Positions 12,084 through 23,190 of a stretch of 64,000 nt of DNA are shown here, piece by piece (position 1 is the stretch's first letter; every line of letters starts with the position of its first letter). The translations under genes and the position numbers were made by a program. The stretch covers positions 1,550,001 to 1,614,000 of the forward strand of contig JBLDXI010000028.1 in assembly GCA_047495785.1 (NCBI GenBank). Reading direction: 5' to 3'. Source of the DNA: Lepidodermella squamata (Eukaryota > Animalia > Gastrotricha). Under the pieces are notes generated by a model that made no database searches, was not told the origin of the DNA, and saw only the letters and a program-made list of their open reading frames with translations.

Positions 12084-13484
12084 ATGCTGACATCAAGAAA
12101 ATCAAGAATCTCAACTATGTCTGAGTGCGAGGTTTTTTCTACTTTTCTTTTGTAGCCGGCGTTGACCCAACTTTTTTTGTTCAAGGTTTGCTCGCAGGGT
12201 ACCGATGGTAGAATACGGTATGGCGCGCAAGTTTGCGACGCTTGCAAGAAATTCTTCACCAGGAATCACAAGAAAGCTGGACAGCTCGAGTGTGTAACAG
12301 GAGGTGGAAATTGTAGCCTTGCTCGATCCATCAACGCCCGACAGGAAATTTGCTCCTACTGCCGCTTAGCCAAGTGTTACGACGTCGGGATGAAACATGG
12401 GACAAAAATAGAAGAAAGGAAACGACTTGAAGAGGGCAAGTTTTCGGGTTGAAATTGTCATTAGCATTCTGATTTCTGCCAACAGGGGTGAGAGATATGT
12501 GCTATCTCGTTTCGACGCCGACTAATTTCGATGCAATGAATGCTGAAGCTACAATCAACGAAGTCACCGCTGCGTTTGATTCTCTCTCTCCAATCGCGAC
12601 CGTGAGTCCTTTGTATAATTAACCGCAAAATATATTCCCCATCATCACAGCTTCCGCTGACCACCGGTCGAAAGCTTCTTTCGGCCAATAATCCAGCGGA
12701 ATGTTGGAGTGTTACCATGGAGAATTACTCTTGCTTGGTTATAATTGCGATTTCTTACATGAAACGCTTGCCAGGTGGGCTTATCTACGTCGCAACTGCT
12801 TTCTCCTTTTTTCTTACTTTTTTGAACATAGGATATTCGCGAATACCATTGAATGATCGTTGCAAGCTATTCGGAAAATCCCTTTTGCCCGTAGCTCAAC
12901 TCTGGCGGTGCAGTAACGGGATACCCGGATTTGGACTTTGTCACGAGAACGTTACTACTTTTCTGAGTCATTTCCCGTTTTTCGAGGTTTGATTCATTCT
13001 GCATACTTTTAATATGAAGGAATTACGCTATTGCAGTCAGCCGCAGCTAACAGCAAGCAAATTCAGGCTGAGATTGTCGAACTGAGGCTTAGCCGCTTGG
13101 AAGCAGCGTTACTTGGCGCATTTCTCTTCTATGAAAGTAGCAATATAACTACAAATCCTCGTTCTATTTCAATCCTTTGTAATTGAAGGTTGCACTGCTG
13201 ACATGTTGGAAGATCCAGAACAAGTCGATGCCATGACTCGAGCGATAGAATTCGCGATTTCAGCGATACAACCAAACAACGAATTCGGCGGAACTCGGGT
13301 ATGTTCAACATCAATTTTGTAATCACAAATATGTGAATCATCAATGAAGGCGAACCAGCTTAAACGACTGCGCTCAAAATTGGCTCTCGTCACAGTTTTC
13401 AATAGACAATGTCACTATCAGTTTTGTGAAATATGGCCAGAACTCTCAGTTTTAAATCGCTTATGGCTCCAAGCCATGGTTTAG
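12084..13484 (+). CDS. Divergent nuclear hormone receptor (multi-exon), copy 3
   Basis: MLTSRKSRISTMSECE|VCSQGTDGRIRYGAQVCDACKKFFTRN...CSYCRLAKCYDVGM; YMKRLPG|YSRIPLNDRCKLF; ends ...LWLQAMV* (TAG 13482-13484). Close paralogue of copy 2; the start could instead be ATG 12117. Confidence 0.86.
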
Positions 13485-13703
13485 CAATATTTTCTCTCAA
13501 TTTTCTGTCAATAAACTCGTACCCTTCATCCTTCATCCCAGCAGTGGAAAACAATTGTTTTCGATCGCTGCCCACGCTGCCCAGGATTTATCCTAATACC
13601 TTACTGATCATCCTGAGTATTACTACATGCGAAGAATTTACATTCATAGCTTAATTTATTGGGATAAAGGTCTGACAGCTCCCGTCTGGCGTAAATAACC
13701 GAG

Positions 13704-14855
13704 TTAAATGAAATTCGACTCATCCGCAACGCGGAGAGCGTAGGCATTCACAGCAATGAAACCCGTTACGACTACCATATAGACAGTACAATCCAAAACC
13801 ATTAGGCGATCAATCGGTGTTTTTGAGAAGTTAGATATATTCTGCTCGAGCCAAACTCGGAATCTCCTCACCATCCAGCAAGTGAACAGGGAATAGGCCG
13901 TACAGAACCAAGCAATTGCAGTGCTCAAGTCGACATAATTCACAATGAAGGACCTTTGAGGCCTAATCGGTACTTTGTCCAAAACGGATGCTCGAAGAAA
14001 AGACAGAGCTAGTAGAATAGTAACTGTGAAGGTTGGTCTATCCGATGAACCGAATGACAGGAAAAAAGTGAATGTTTCCAGAAGGGTCAAGAAACAAATC
14101 GGCAACATCAGCTGGTAAACATAAAAATCCGGCTTGCGTCTGAAGTCGATTTGAAATGAGACTGCACTGCGGTTGCCATTTAATCTAAATAGAGAATTTG
14201 AAGATTTGTAAGAGATGACCTGCCAGCTGTCGGATACTGAAATGAATTCAGCACCCAAGGTGAAATATAACTTCGAAAAAGCTACGGCATAAACGGCTTC
14301 TTCTGCATAAAAATTGATATAGCATGTATTGTAGTCGAAGGGGAAACTAGTGATGTCTAAATCACACCACGATCGGAACAGACCAGACTTGGACCACGTG
14401 AGAACAACTGCATTGCTCGGTAGGATCTCTCCGAAAAATCGGACGGTAAAGCCTTGAGTTAGTCCAAAGTCCTCTATAGCGTTTTTGTGGGTGATAGTTG
14501 GCTGCCAGAATGTTACGGGATCCAAATTCATCGACTGCCCCTTTTTGAAACCATGATTCTGGCACGGCACCGTCCATTCGAGGCGCATGGTCCCAGCTAT
14601 GGCCATTGACTCCGCGACATCGTCAATATAGTGGAATCTGGTCGCAATCATTCTGAAATTGACATTAGTCACGCGGCATATGTAATTTGGACCTCGTTGT
14701 GATGCGTTTAGATACGTTTCAGGGCAAAGCGGAGCGTAAGATTCAAATGATAGCTGGGGGCATTTATCCAGGAGCAGACCAGAAGCTCTCTGAGCACTTG
14801 ACACTTGAGAATTGCAAATGAGCAATATTGCCTGGATTAAATAGGATGTCATCAT
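13704..14855 (-). CDS. Divergent intronless Cys-loop LGIC subunit
   Basis: Cys-loop CDLDITSFPFDYNTC; FWQPTITHKN; M2 SDRPTFTVTILLAL. Confidence 0.93.
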   Translation of the reverse strand: MMTSYLIQAILLICNSQVSSAQRASGLLLDKCPQLSFESYAPLCPETYLNASQRGPNYICRVTNVNFRMIATRFHYIDDVAESMAIAGTMRLEWTVPCQNHGFKKGQSMNLDPVTFWQPTITHKNAIEDFGLTQGFTVRFFGEILPSNAVVLTWSKSGLFRSWCDLDITSFPFDYNTCYINFYAEEAVYAVAFSKLYFTLGAEFISVSDSWQVISYKSSNSLFRLNGNRSAVSFQIDFRRKPDFYVYQLMLPICFLTLLETFTFFLSFGSSDRPTFTVTILLALSFLRASVLDKVPIRPQRSFIVNYVDLSTAIAWFCTAYSLFTCWMVRRFRVWLEQNISNFSKTPIDRLMVLDCTVYMVVVTGFIAVNAYALRVADESNFI

Positions 14856-15004
14856 AGAGATGAATAGCTTTTCAGTTATGAAATCTGTGATTTAGACGTT
14901 TGCAGGAGATCCGAATCGGAGCTCTGACGTCATGGCACAGGAAATCCGAAATAAGATGCAGGAATTCACATTAATGGAGTGGTTTATTTCTCATAAGTCA
15001 ATAA

Positions 15005-16135
15005 TTACATATAACCCGCCTCTTTAGCGACGCTCCCAAATTTGATGTTCGCAGTGACGTAGTACGCAACAGCACTGCCGTACATGATTATGTCCACAAT
15101 ACAGCCTCTAGTTAAAGGGATTTTCAATGAAAAAATAGTCGATTCTCTAAACCAATCTCGCCAATTACTGAAAAGCCAGCAACTGATGAGGGCATAGGTC
15201 GTACAAGCCCATGACGCAATCAAACAATCATCAACATAATTTCCAAGTAAAGATCGCTCCGGCCGAGCGGGGATTCTTGAGAGGACACTCTCTCTTAAAA
15301 ATGACAATGCAAGCAGGATAGTCATATTGAATACAGGCCTATCTACATTACCACTCGGTAGAAAGATAGAGCAAAGAACAAGAACGGCCAGAAAAATGAT
15401 AGGGCATACGAGATTAATCAAAGGGTACGATGGCTTTCTTTTAAAAGTCATTGAAATGGTAGCCAGACTCCGCAAACCATGCAAGTCGATCGATGACTTT
15501 GAAGTGTTCGATGACTTGAAATCCCAACTAGCAGATGGTGGCATGAAGTCTGGTTGAAATTCAATTTTCACTTCGCCGAAAATTGCTGCGGACCTCATCT
15601 CGCCAATGTACAACTGAATCATGCACGTGTTTTGATCGAATGGGTATTTCGCGTAGTCTAGGTCGCACGTGGACATGATTATGCCCGACCGCATCCACGT
15701 GAATCCTACGACACTATTCCGCTTCACATCAGCGTGAAACTTATTAGTCCATCCGTTGGTCATGCCAAAGTCATCGTAGGCGTTTTTGTGGTTGATGTTA
15801 GGCCGCCATATGTAGGAATCATCAACTTCGATGACAGTTCCTAGTTTGAAATTCTGACTCGAGCAGGGCAGCTCCCATGTGAAACTTATCGCGGTTGATA
15901 GCGTAAGTGTTTCGACAACATCGTCGATTCCATGAAATCGCTCAGGGAGTAAAAGTAGGTTAACTTGAGTCGCCTGACACAGATATCCTTCATCGCGCTC
16001 TTCTGGAAGCACCTCTGCCTCGGGACATAACGGGGCGTAGATTTCCGTGGAGAAGCTTGTACAATTTGACAGTAAAATCGAAGCCAAAGAAGAAGCCTCG
16101 CCAAACAGCGCTAATAAAACTGCGAGTGTGATCAT
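15005..16135 (-). CDS. Divergent intronless Cys-loop LGIC subunit
   Basis: Cys-loop CDLDYAKYPFDQNTC; IWRPNINHKN; M2 VDRPVFNMTILLAL. Confidence 0.93.
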   Translation of the reverse strand: MITLAVLLALFGEASSLASILLSNCTSFSTEIYAPLCPEAEVLPEERDEGYLCQATQVNLLLLPERFHGIDDVVETLTLSTAISFTWELPCSSQNFKLGTVIEVDDSYIWRPNINHKNAYDDFGMTNGWTNKFHADVKRNSVVGFTWMRSGIIMSTCDLDYAKYPFDQNTCMIQLYIGEMRSAAIFGEVKIEFQPDFMPPSASWDFKSSNTSKSSIDLHGLRSLATISMTFKRKPSYPLINLVCPIIFLAVLVLCSIFLPSGNVDRPVFNMTILLALSFLRESVLSRIPARPERSLLGNYVDDCLIASWACTTYALISCWLFSNWRDWFRESTIFSLKIPLTRGCIVDIIMYGSAVAYYVTANIKFGSVAKEAGYM

Positions 16136-16537
16136 TTTTCAATCTAATTTCTGCGACAACAATGATGGCAGGAGAATGTCCATAAATGCCAGTTTCTATT
16201 TACTTATGCACTCGGAATCGGAATCGGATGCTGAGGATTTTTATGCTAAGCAGGGAATGATCTCTATTTACAGGCCGGATTTTATTTGATTTAGGCTTTC
16301 AAGTCACTCTCAAAATTGCTGGTCTCAATCAGATTTTTTACTGATTCCGAAACTTCCCCCTGTGATCGCAGAACTACACCATACATCTCTTCGAAAATTG
16401 TATATGAAATGACGCAATTGTTAAAATTCATATGATTTTATTTTTAAAATTGCACCGAATATCACCGAGGAAAATGATCAGGAATTAATTTTCGAATTCA
16501 TACCAAAGCAAGCAGGGTTGAAAACACTGCAAACAGG

Positions 16538-17662
16538 TTACTGATTCGTTGAAGTTTGGAGTGCATAGACATTGATAAGGATGAAGGCGAGTAAAAACAA
16601 AATAAAAACGAACATGTCAACCAAACGGCATTTAGTGATCTCCATGCATCCTACTTTGACTCGTTTGCTTCTGAAAAAAGTCCGCCAAGTCATAGTCCAC
16701 CAGTTGCTGAACAGCGCATAGATAGTACAGGCCCATGACCAAAGAGCCGAGAAATCCGTATAATTTACAATGAAAATGCGGATTGGCTTCTCTGGAATGT
16801 CGTTCAAAATAGAGCCCTGTACGAAGGTTAGAGCCAAAAGTATGGTAAGGGCAAACATAGGTCTATCGGGACTGCTTGGAGGCAACAGAAAGGCGGTTAG
16901 TTCCAAACTTGATAGCACGAGCGACGGCAACATCTGACTGTATACGAAGAAAGACGGGTTCCTTTTGAAAAGAAACTTGTACGACACCAAACTTCGCTCG
17001 TCATCTGCATCATCTACAATTTGATGACTTGCATTAGATAACCACCAGCCATCACTTTCTCCGATGAAGCTCTTAGAGACGTGGCGATAGATTCGTCCAA
17101 ATGCAGTAGCAGTGTCGAGACTCTCAAGAGAAAAGACGACTTCACACTCTTGATTATCGAAAGGATAATTGGCTAAATTCAACGGGCATATTGATTCAAA
17201 GACTCCGAATCGCAGAAAGTGAAAATTTAGCGTGCTTTGGTTCTTCACTTTGACCCAAAAGCGAGAGGTGAAATCGTCCCCGGTCATTCCGAAATTAGTC
17301 ATTGCGTTCGTGTGGTATAGATAGGGCTGCCAGAATTTGTCCTGGTCTGGGTTAAAAATAACCCCTTCTTCCTTAGAATAGTCGGCGCAGTTTACGTCCC
17401 AATCTATCTCGATAAGTCCAGCGAATGTAATTGATTCGGCTCTATCATCGAGGTGGTCGAACTGATCCAATCGGAGTAGGACATTAACCAAAGTTTGTGT
17501 GCAGGGATGATTAGAGGTTTCCATGCCATCAGGGCAATGGGGTGTGTAGGACTCTCGGCTGAGATCAGGGCACAGATTTAGAAGCTCTTCAGTTCGACTT
17601 CCGTCTAGTTTAACTAGTTGCAGACAAAACAGAGCTAGTTTCAGAACAATTGATTTATCCAT
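16538..17662 (-). CDS. Divergent intronless Cys-loop LGIC subunit (acidic loop-C subfamily)
   Basis: Cys-loop CPLNLANYPFDNQEC; loop C IVDDADDERS; M2 PDRPMFALTILLAL. Confidence 0.93.
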   Translation of the reverse strand: MDKSIVLKLALFCLQLVKLDGSRTEELLNLCPDLSRESYTPHCPDGMETSNHPCTQTLVNVLLRLDQFDHLDDRAESITFAGLIEIDWDVNCADYSKEEGVIFNPDQDKFWQPYLYHTNAMTNFGMTGDDFTSRFWVKVKNQSTLNFHFLRFGVFESICPLNLANYPFDNQECEVVFSLESLDTATAFGRIYRHVSKSFIGESDGWWLSNASHQIVDDADDERSLVSYKFLFKRNPSFFVYSQMLPSLVLSSLELTAFLLPPSSPDRPMFALTILLALTFVQGSILNDIPEKPIRIFIVNYTDFSALWSWACTIYALFSNWWTMTWRTFFRSKRVKVGCMEITKCRLVDMFVFILFLLAFILINVYALQTSTNQ

Positions 17663-17796
17663 AACAAATTAAACCTGGAAACAAATTTTATCGTTTTGGT
17701 ATTTTTTTTGTCTAGCGATTTTTTAGACCACATCACATATTGACTCAGTAAATAATTTAGCCCGCGGGCGCGCGGTAACAAGCGTATGGGAATTTA

Positions 17797-18942
17797 CTAG
17801 AATCCTTGTGATTTTGCTACGCCGATCGCGTAAAAATTGATTGCCAGGAACAACGTAATCACAAGCAAAAAAGCGACAAAGTCAACAAGTCTCGCACGAC
17901 TTATTTTCACGCGACCATGATTGATTTCATCTTGCCGGAAGTACTTGGGCCATGACCTCGAGTAGCAACAGCTTGCTAACATGAATATTGTACAGGCCCA
18001 GGAAAGCAGCGCGGTAAAATCTGTGTAATTTAGGACAAAAATCCGTCGTGGTTTGGCCGGGACATCGGTCAAAATGCTTCCTTGTACAAACGTTAGTGCG
18101 AGTAAGATCGTTACAGAGAACATTGGTCTATCAGGCAAGTAAGGAGGCATGAGAAACGCGAAAATCTCAAGACTGGCCAAAATACAAGATGGTAGCATCT
18201 GGTTGTAGATATAAAACGATGGAAATCTCTTGAAGTTGAATTTGAATTCCGCAACCGAAGCTTCAGTGTCTGAATCCTCCATTTCTCCGAACTTGAGGCC
18301 GATAAGAGACCAACCGTCGCCTTGACCGAGGAATTTTTTAGACATTTCCAGTTCAACCTTTCCGAGGCCTGTTGAAGCATCTGAACTCTCGATAGAAAAA
18401 ATGATGCTACATTGCTGGCTATCGAATGGGTAATAAGACAAGTCGAGGCCGCACGTTGAATCGAAAATTCCGAAGGTCTGAAGGTTAAACTGAACTCCTG
18501 TGTGATTTGTGACGGTCACCCAGAAACGAGACGTGAAATCGTCCCCCGTCATGCCGAAATTTCTTACAGCATTCGAGTGGTAGAAATACGGCTTCCAAAC
18601 AGCGGCGAAGTCTGGGTAGAAACTTAGACCGTTTGCCTGGTAGTAGTCGGGACATGAGCATGACCATTTCAAGCTGAGAGAGCCCGAAACGTGAAGAGTT
18701 TCTTCTTTATCGTCTAACTCGTAGAATTCTTCCAACTTCAGCTTGAGGTCTATTATCGTTTGCGAGCACGATGAAGATTCTGATTTTCCATCACGGCAAT
18801 TTGGAGTGTACGCCTCTGAGCCAACTTGCGGGCACTTTGCTACCAACTCGTCTGTTCTTACACTAGCTTCGATTGTTACAAGGAAGTGAATGAAAATTAA
18901 ACTGTAGGCGACTTTGAGTGAAGAAGGTTGAATTGATAGCAT
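17797..18942 (-). CDS. Divergent intronless Cys-loop LGIC subunit (acidic loop-C subfamily)
   Basis: Cys-loop CGLDLSYYPFDSQQC; loop C EMEDSDTEAS; M2 PDRPMFSVTILLAL. Start is ATG 18942 or 18984. Confidence 0.92.
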   Translation of the reverse strand: MLSIQPSSLKVAYSLIFIHFLVTIEASVRTDELVAKCPQVGSEAYTPNCRDGKSESSSCSQTIIDLKLKLEEFYELDDKEETLHVSGSLSLKWSCSCPDYYQANGLSFYPDFAAVWKPYFYHSNAVRNFGMTGDDFTSRFWVTVTNHTGVQFNLQTFGIFDSTCGLDLSYYPFDSQQCSIIFSIESSDASTGLGKVELEMSKKFLGQGDGWSLIGLKFGEMEDSDTEASVAEFKFNFKRFPSFYIYNQMLPSCILASLEIFAFLMPPYLPDRPMFSVTILLALTFVQGSILTDVPAKPRRIFVLNYTDFTALLSWACTIFMLASCCYSRSWPKYFRQDEINHGRVKISRARLVDFVAFLLVITLFLAINFYAIGVAKSQGF

Positions 18943-19682
18943 GTTGAAACGAGAACTACGTCTGACCCAATAATTTAAAAGCATTGGCTGATGTAATACA
19001 ATCAAAGCTGCATTGGGTGATAAAATAACACATTAATATTTAATGAATGCTCCATTCATCCATCACATCACGGAATTCAGACGCATTGAATGTCGCACCA
19101 CTTGTATCGATAATCGGTTGGTAATGCATTGTTTGCTTTTCCATCAGTTTTTGTGCATAAGAATAATGAGACGTGCGGCTGTTAGGCAAATATGATCACG
19201 GCGAAAACTCGAAACACTTCCTCCCGGGGGCTGAAAACTGTTTCTTCGTTACAAGTGAATTCAGGAGCGCAAACTCGTACAAATGTTGAAGCAAGATAAT
19301 TTTGGATTTTGGCACTGCGAGAATTCCAACGCTTCCCCATCAACTAACGATCGCCGTTATAGCTTCGCTTTATGTTCTATTTCACGTCGGTATCGAGATT
19401 TATTTTGGATATTATAAATTCGAAATTTATCGAAAAAAGGCGGAATTTGAAAATTGCCGAACCATCGGAAATGTTGGATTTGAAAAATCGAAACAATCGA
19501 GCTCAAAATGCATTGAGTGGAAGTTAAATTCTGGAGAACAGAGACAGCTTTCTATGCCCAGAAAATGTAACTAAGATTCAAAACTGAAGAAGCTATGCAT
19601 TAGTACTGAATTGGCGATTGGCGAGTTAGTATACCTCAACCAGCACTAAAAAACCATGACAATTTTCCCTCTGAATCATCAT

Positions 19683-20819
19683 CTACCAGTCGTACGTGTA
19701 ACGCGAAATAACCATAGCATAAATATTGATAATAGTGAAGATGATCAACATAACAATAAAGACAATGAAATCAATGAATTCGACCACTGTGAACGAAAGT
19801 TTCCCCATTGTCATTTTTCGCTCTTTTCCCTTGCCCAAAATTCGAGAGACGAGCACGATGATTAAGCAGTGAATGCAGATCAGCCATCCCCACAGAGCGC
19901 ATGCATCCGTATAGTTGGCCATGAATATTCGTTTTGGCTTATCCGGGATGTCATCGAGTATCAACCCTTGTACTAAGGTTATCGCAATTAGAACTGAAAC
20001 GCAGAAAATTCCCCTGTCAGCACTCTCTTCTGGAGGTATGCAGAACATTGCAAGTAGAAGGAGTGATAAAAGGAACGATGGAGCCATTAAACTCGAGACA
20101 TAGAAGTCGGGACTTCTGCGAAATTTGTACGAATATATCGCAAAACTCCGCTGGTCATCATCCTCATCCATTATCCCAACTTTGGCCTCTTTGAAATCCC
20201 AGCCATCGCCCATGCTTATGAATCCGTCACGGACGCGGTACTTGATTGATCCGAAGCCAGTTGATAGATCATTGCTTTCGATCGAGAAAATCAAGCCACA
20301 TTCTTGTTTATCGAAAGGGTAGTATGTAAGATCTAGTGCGCACGATGACTCGAAAACTCCAAAGATTTGATAGTAAAAATGGAGTCGATTACCATTTTTA
20401 ACCTCGACCCAAAACCTCCTAGCGAAAGAATCGCCCGTCATTCCGAAGAGTTCCATTGCATTGGCATGAAATATTTCCGGCTGCCAAAAGACATCAGGAT
20501 CAATGTAGAATGTTGCTCCTTCGGCCTTTGAGTATCCCGGGCAGATTACTGTCCAATCGAGCAGTATAGATCCAGAGACGTGAAGAGACTCCTCCTTATC
20601 CTTGATTTCATAAAATTCGTCCAGTTTCAAAAACAGATTGATGATAGTTTGGAAACATTGGGGTCCAGTCGCGTTAGTTGGCACAGTTCCCTCTGGGCAG
20701 TTCGGCGCATATGATTCCTGGCTGACCTGAGGGCATATTGAAAGCATCTCATTTGCCCTATCGGTTGCTCCACCCGAAACAAGGGAAACTAAAGCAAAGA
20801 GTGTAACATAGCGCAGCAT
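19683..20819 (-). CDS. Divergent intronless Cys-loop LGIC subunit (acidic loop-C subfamily)
   Basis: Cys-loop CALDLTYYPFDKQEC; loop C IMDEDDDQRS; M2 ADRGIFCVSVLIAI; first ATG 20819. Confidence 0.93.
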   Translation of the reverse strand: MLRYVTLFALVSLVSGGATDRANEMLSICPQVSQESYAPNCPEGTVPTNATGPQCFQTIINLFLKLDEFYEIKDKEESLHVSGSILLDWTVICPGYSKAEGATFYIDPDVFWQPEIFHANAMELFGMTGDSFARRFWVEVKNGNRLHFYYQIFGVFESSCALDLTYYPFDKQECGLIFSIESNDLSTGFGSIKYRVRDGFISMGDGWDFKEAKVGIMDEDDDQRSFAIYSYKFRRSPDFYVSSLMAPSFLLSLLLLAMFCIPPEESADRGIFCVSVLIAITLVQGLILDDIPDKPKRIFMANYTDACALWGWLICIHCLIIVLVSRILGKGKERKMTMGKLSFTVVEFIDFIVFIVMLIIFTIINIYAMVISRYTYDW

Positions 20820-22056
20820 TTTCAATCTATGATGGAAGTGAATCAAATTAATTCAACTTAACCGCCTTGAAATAACTAGGCTGTGCAAACAAGAAGCGAT
20901 ATCAAAACAAGGGTTTAAGTATTGTTTGCAGAGTGACAGCTAGCCAGTGTAAATAAAGTTCACGGTAATTTGAGTGGAATGCTCAAATTTCAGACAGAAA
21001 CCTTTGTAGTAGCAAATTGAATAGGCCAAATGCGACAAAAAACGCCAGACACATATAAATCTAGAGCCAATGAGCCCTAGGGCAAAATGACTGAAAAGCG
21101 ACGTAGTTAAAAGCATTTTCCGGATCATAGTGGAAAATAGACCGTAAAACAGCACGGAATGTGTTCTGCTATTCCCAGGCTGTTTGATCCAGGATCCAGG
21201 ATATCAAGACGATATCCAGGCTGATTTAAACTCAGGTCATGGTTCGAAATTTTGGCAGCATTCACCCCCATTTTCGATTTATTTGAAAAAGTCACGAAAA
21301 AACTGAGGCGCCAACACCCCCGCGACCCACTACATTTTGTTATTCCGTAATTACGAGATAATTAAAAAGGTTGAAGGATTTGGCGCTTATACACAGGAAC
21401 AAGCAGGCCAAGCAATTTTGGCCGTCGGATCAAGTTCGATTCAGCGGAAAATCCACCATGGTCGAGAATCATCGCCAATTCTGCGCCTCCATAGCGATTC
21501 AGCCGAATACTATCCACTATACGTTACAACGCTTCAAATACAATTTCCTATGTCCATCGCATAAAATGGTCCATGTTAAAATCGCATCCCGACCGGGAGC
21601 ATGTTTCGGAAAAGTTTCAAGTTCTGCACAGATGCCGACAATTATGAATATGCTAATGACGTGTCCAAAATTACCTCACAAGTGTCCAATTCCGACAAGG
21701 CCGACCTTGTCGTTCGGGTGGCCGGGATTGGTTCCAAGATGACTTGGAAGGCCTCAACAACGCATTGCCTTTAAGAGTCATAGTAATCTTTGCTAAATAA
21801 GCTGAACAATCACACTTCGCTCTTAAAGTGTAAAAACTCTGAGAATAGCAACCGAAAAAAACGAAGTCATGTATGTAGTTGCAAATATGGACAATTCTGG
21901 GTAATCCAGGATGACCTTACCACATGAAGAGAATTCATTTGAAGGTAGATAAAGGATCTCATTGCAGTTACATTACCGAATGATCTAAGTCTTAAAAAAA
22001 CCTCAAGATCCTCAGGCTATTCTTTGTATTTAAAATAATTCTTCTTCAGGAAATTG

Positions 22057-23190
22057 TCATGATTTTGAAGCATACAGTGCGTATGCGTTCAAAGCTAAAA
22101 ACAAAATTATCACGATGAAAGATGAAACCCAATCAAAAATTCTTGCCCTCGTGACCTTGAACATCATGCAAAGGGTAATTTTATCCTTTTGAAAATACTG
22201 TGACCACGCTCTAGTGTAACCACACGCTATAAGTGATAGAATCGTGCAAAACCAGCAATACAAGGCAGTTAGATCTGTATAATTCATCACGAATATCCTC
22301 CGAGGCTTCGCTGGAATATCGGCGAGAATAGTTCCTTGAACGAAAGTAAGTGCCAGAAGAATTGTCAAACAAAAAGCAGGTCTGTCCGGCAGGTGAGGCG
22401 GCATGAAGAACGCGAAAATCTGCAGGCTCGAAAGAACGCAAGACGGCAGCATTTGGTTGTAAACGTAGTAAGAAGGTATGCGTTTAAAGGTGAATAAAAA
22501 CTCTACAAACGACGCGTCATTGTTCTGCTCATCCATTACGCGTTGAGTCCAATTTACAAGGGTCCAACCATCGCCTTTGCTAAGAAAATCATCCGCCACT
22601 TCTAGAGAAATACCTCCAACAGCTGTTGAAAAATCTGAGCTTTCTATCGAAAAAACAATGCCGCACTGCTGTGTATCGAATGGATAGTCCGTGAGATCGA
22701 GCCCGCAAGTTGATTCGAAAATTCCATAACTCTGATATTTGAATGATAAACTGTTGTGATTTTTCACCTCTGCAACTAATCTATGCGTGAAATCATCACC
22801 GGTCAGTCCGAAGTTTCTTGCCGCGTTTGCATGATAGAAATATGGCCTCCAAATTCTGCTAACATCCGGGTAGAAAACCAAGTCATCCTCGCGGTAGTAA
22901 TCGCGGCACGTGTATGCCCAGCTGTAACTCAGCGAGCCTGTAACGTGAAGTGTTTCTTCACGGTCATCCAAGTTGTAAAATTCGTCCAGGCTCAGTCGCA
23001 AGTGAACCACTGTTTGGCTGCATATTGACTCGGTGTAAATTTGCGAGCTTACTCCATCAGGGCAGTGAGGGGTGTAAGACTCTTTCCCAAGCTGCGGGCA
23101 TTTTAGCAAAAGTTCGTCTGTCTTCTGATCAGCCAACACGTGGTGACACAAGAGCAATGACTGAACTAAAGCGCCGAGCCAATAATTCAT
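22057..23190 (-). CDS. Divergent intronless Cys-loop LGIC subunit (acidic loop-C subfamily)
   Basis: Cys-loop CGLDLTDYPFDTQQC; loop C VMDEQNNDAS; M2 PDRPAFCLTILLAL. Confidence 0.93.
   Translation of the reverse strand: MNYWLGALVQSLLLCHHVLADQKTDELLLKCPQLGKESYTPHCPDGVSSQIYTESICSQTVVHLRLSLDEFYNLDDREETLHVTGSLSYSWAYTCRDYYREDDLVFYPDVSRIWRPYFYHANAARNFGLTGDDFTHRLVAEVKNHNSLSFKYQSYGIFESTCGLDLTDYPFDTQQCGIVFSIESSDFSTAVGGISLEVADDFLSKGDGWTLVNWTQRVMDEQNNDASFVEFLFTFKRIPSYYVYNQMLPSCVLSSLQIFAFFMPPHLPDRPAFCLTILLALTFVQGTILADIPAKPRRIFVMNYTDLTALYCWFCTILSLIACGYTRAWSQYFQKDKITLCMMFKVTRARIFDWVSSFIVIILFLALNAYALYASKS

Noticed and set aside
19180-19640. Possible repeat element between receptor genes
   Set aside because: I could not identify TIRs or a TSD by eye.
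21337-21742. Two overlapping plus-strand ORFs in the 20.8-22.0 kb spacer
   Set aside because: Non-ATG starts and no domain signature; the region looks like degraded repeat DNA.
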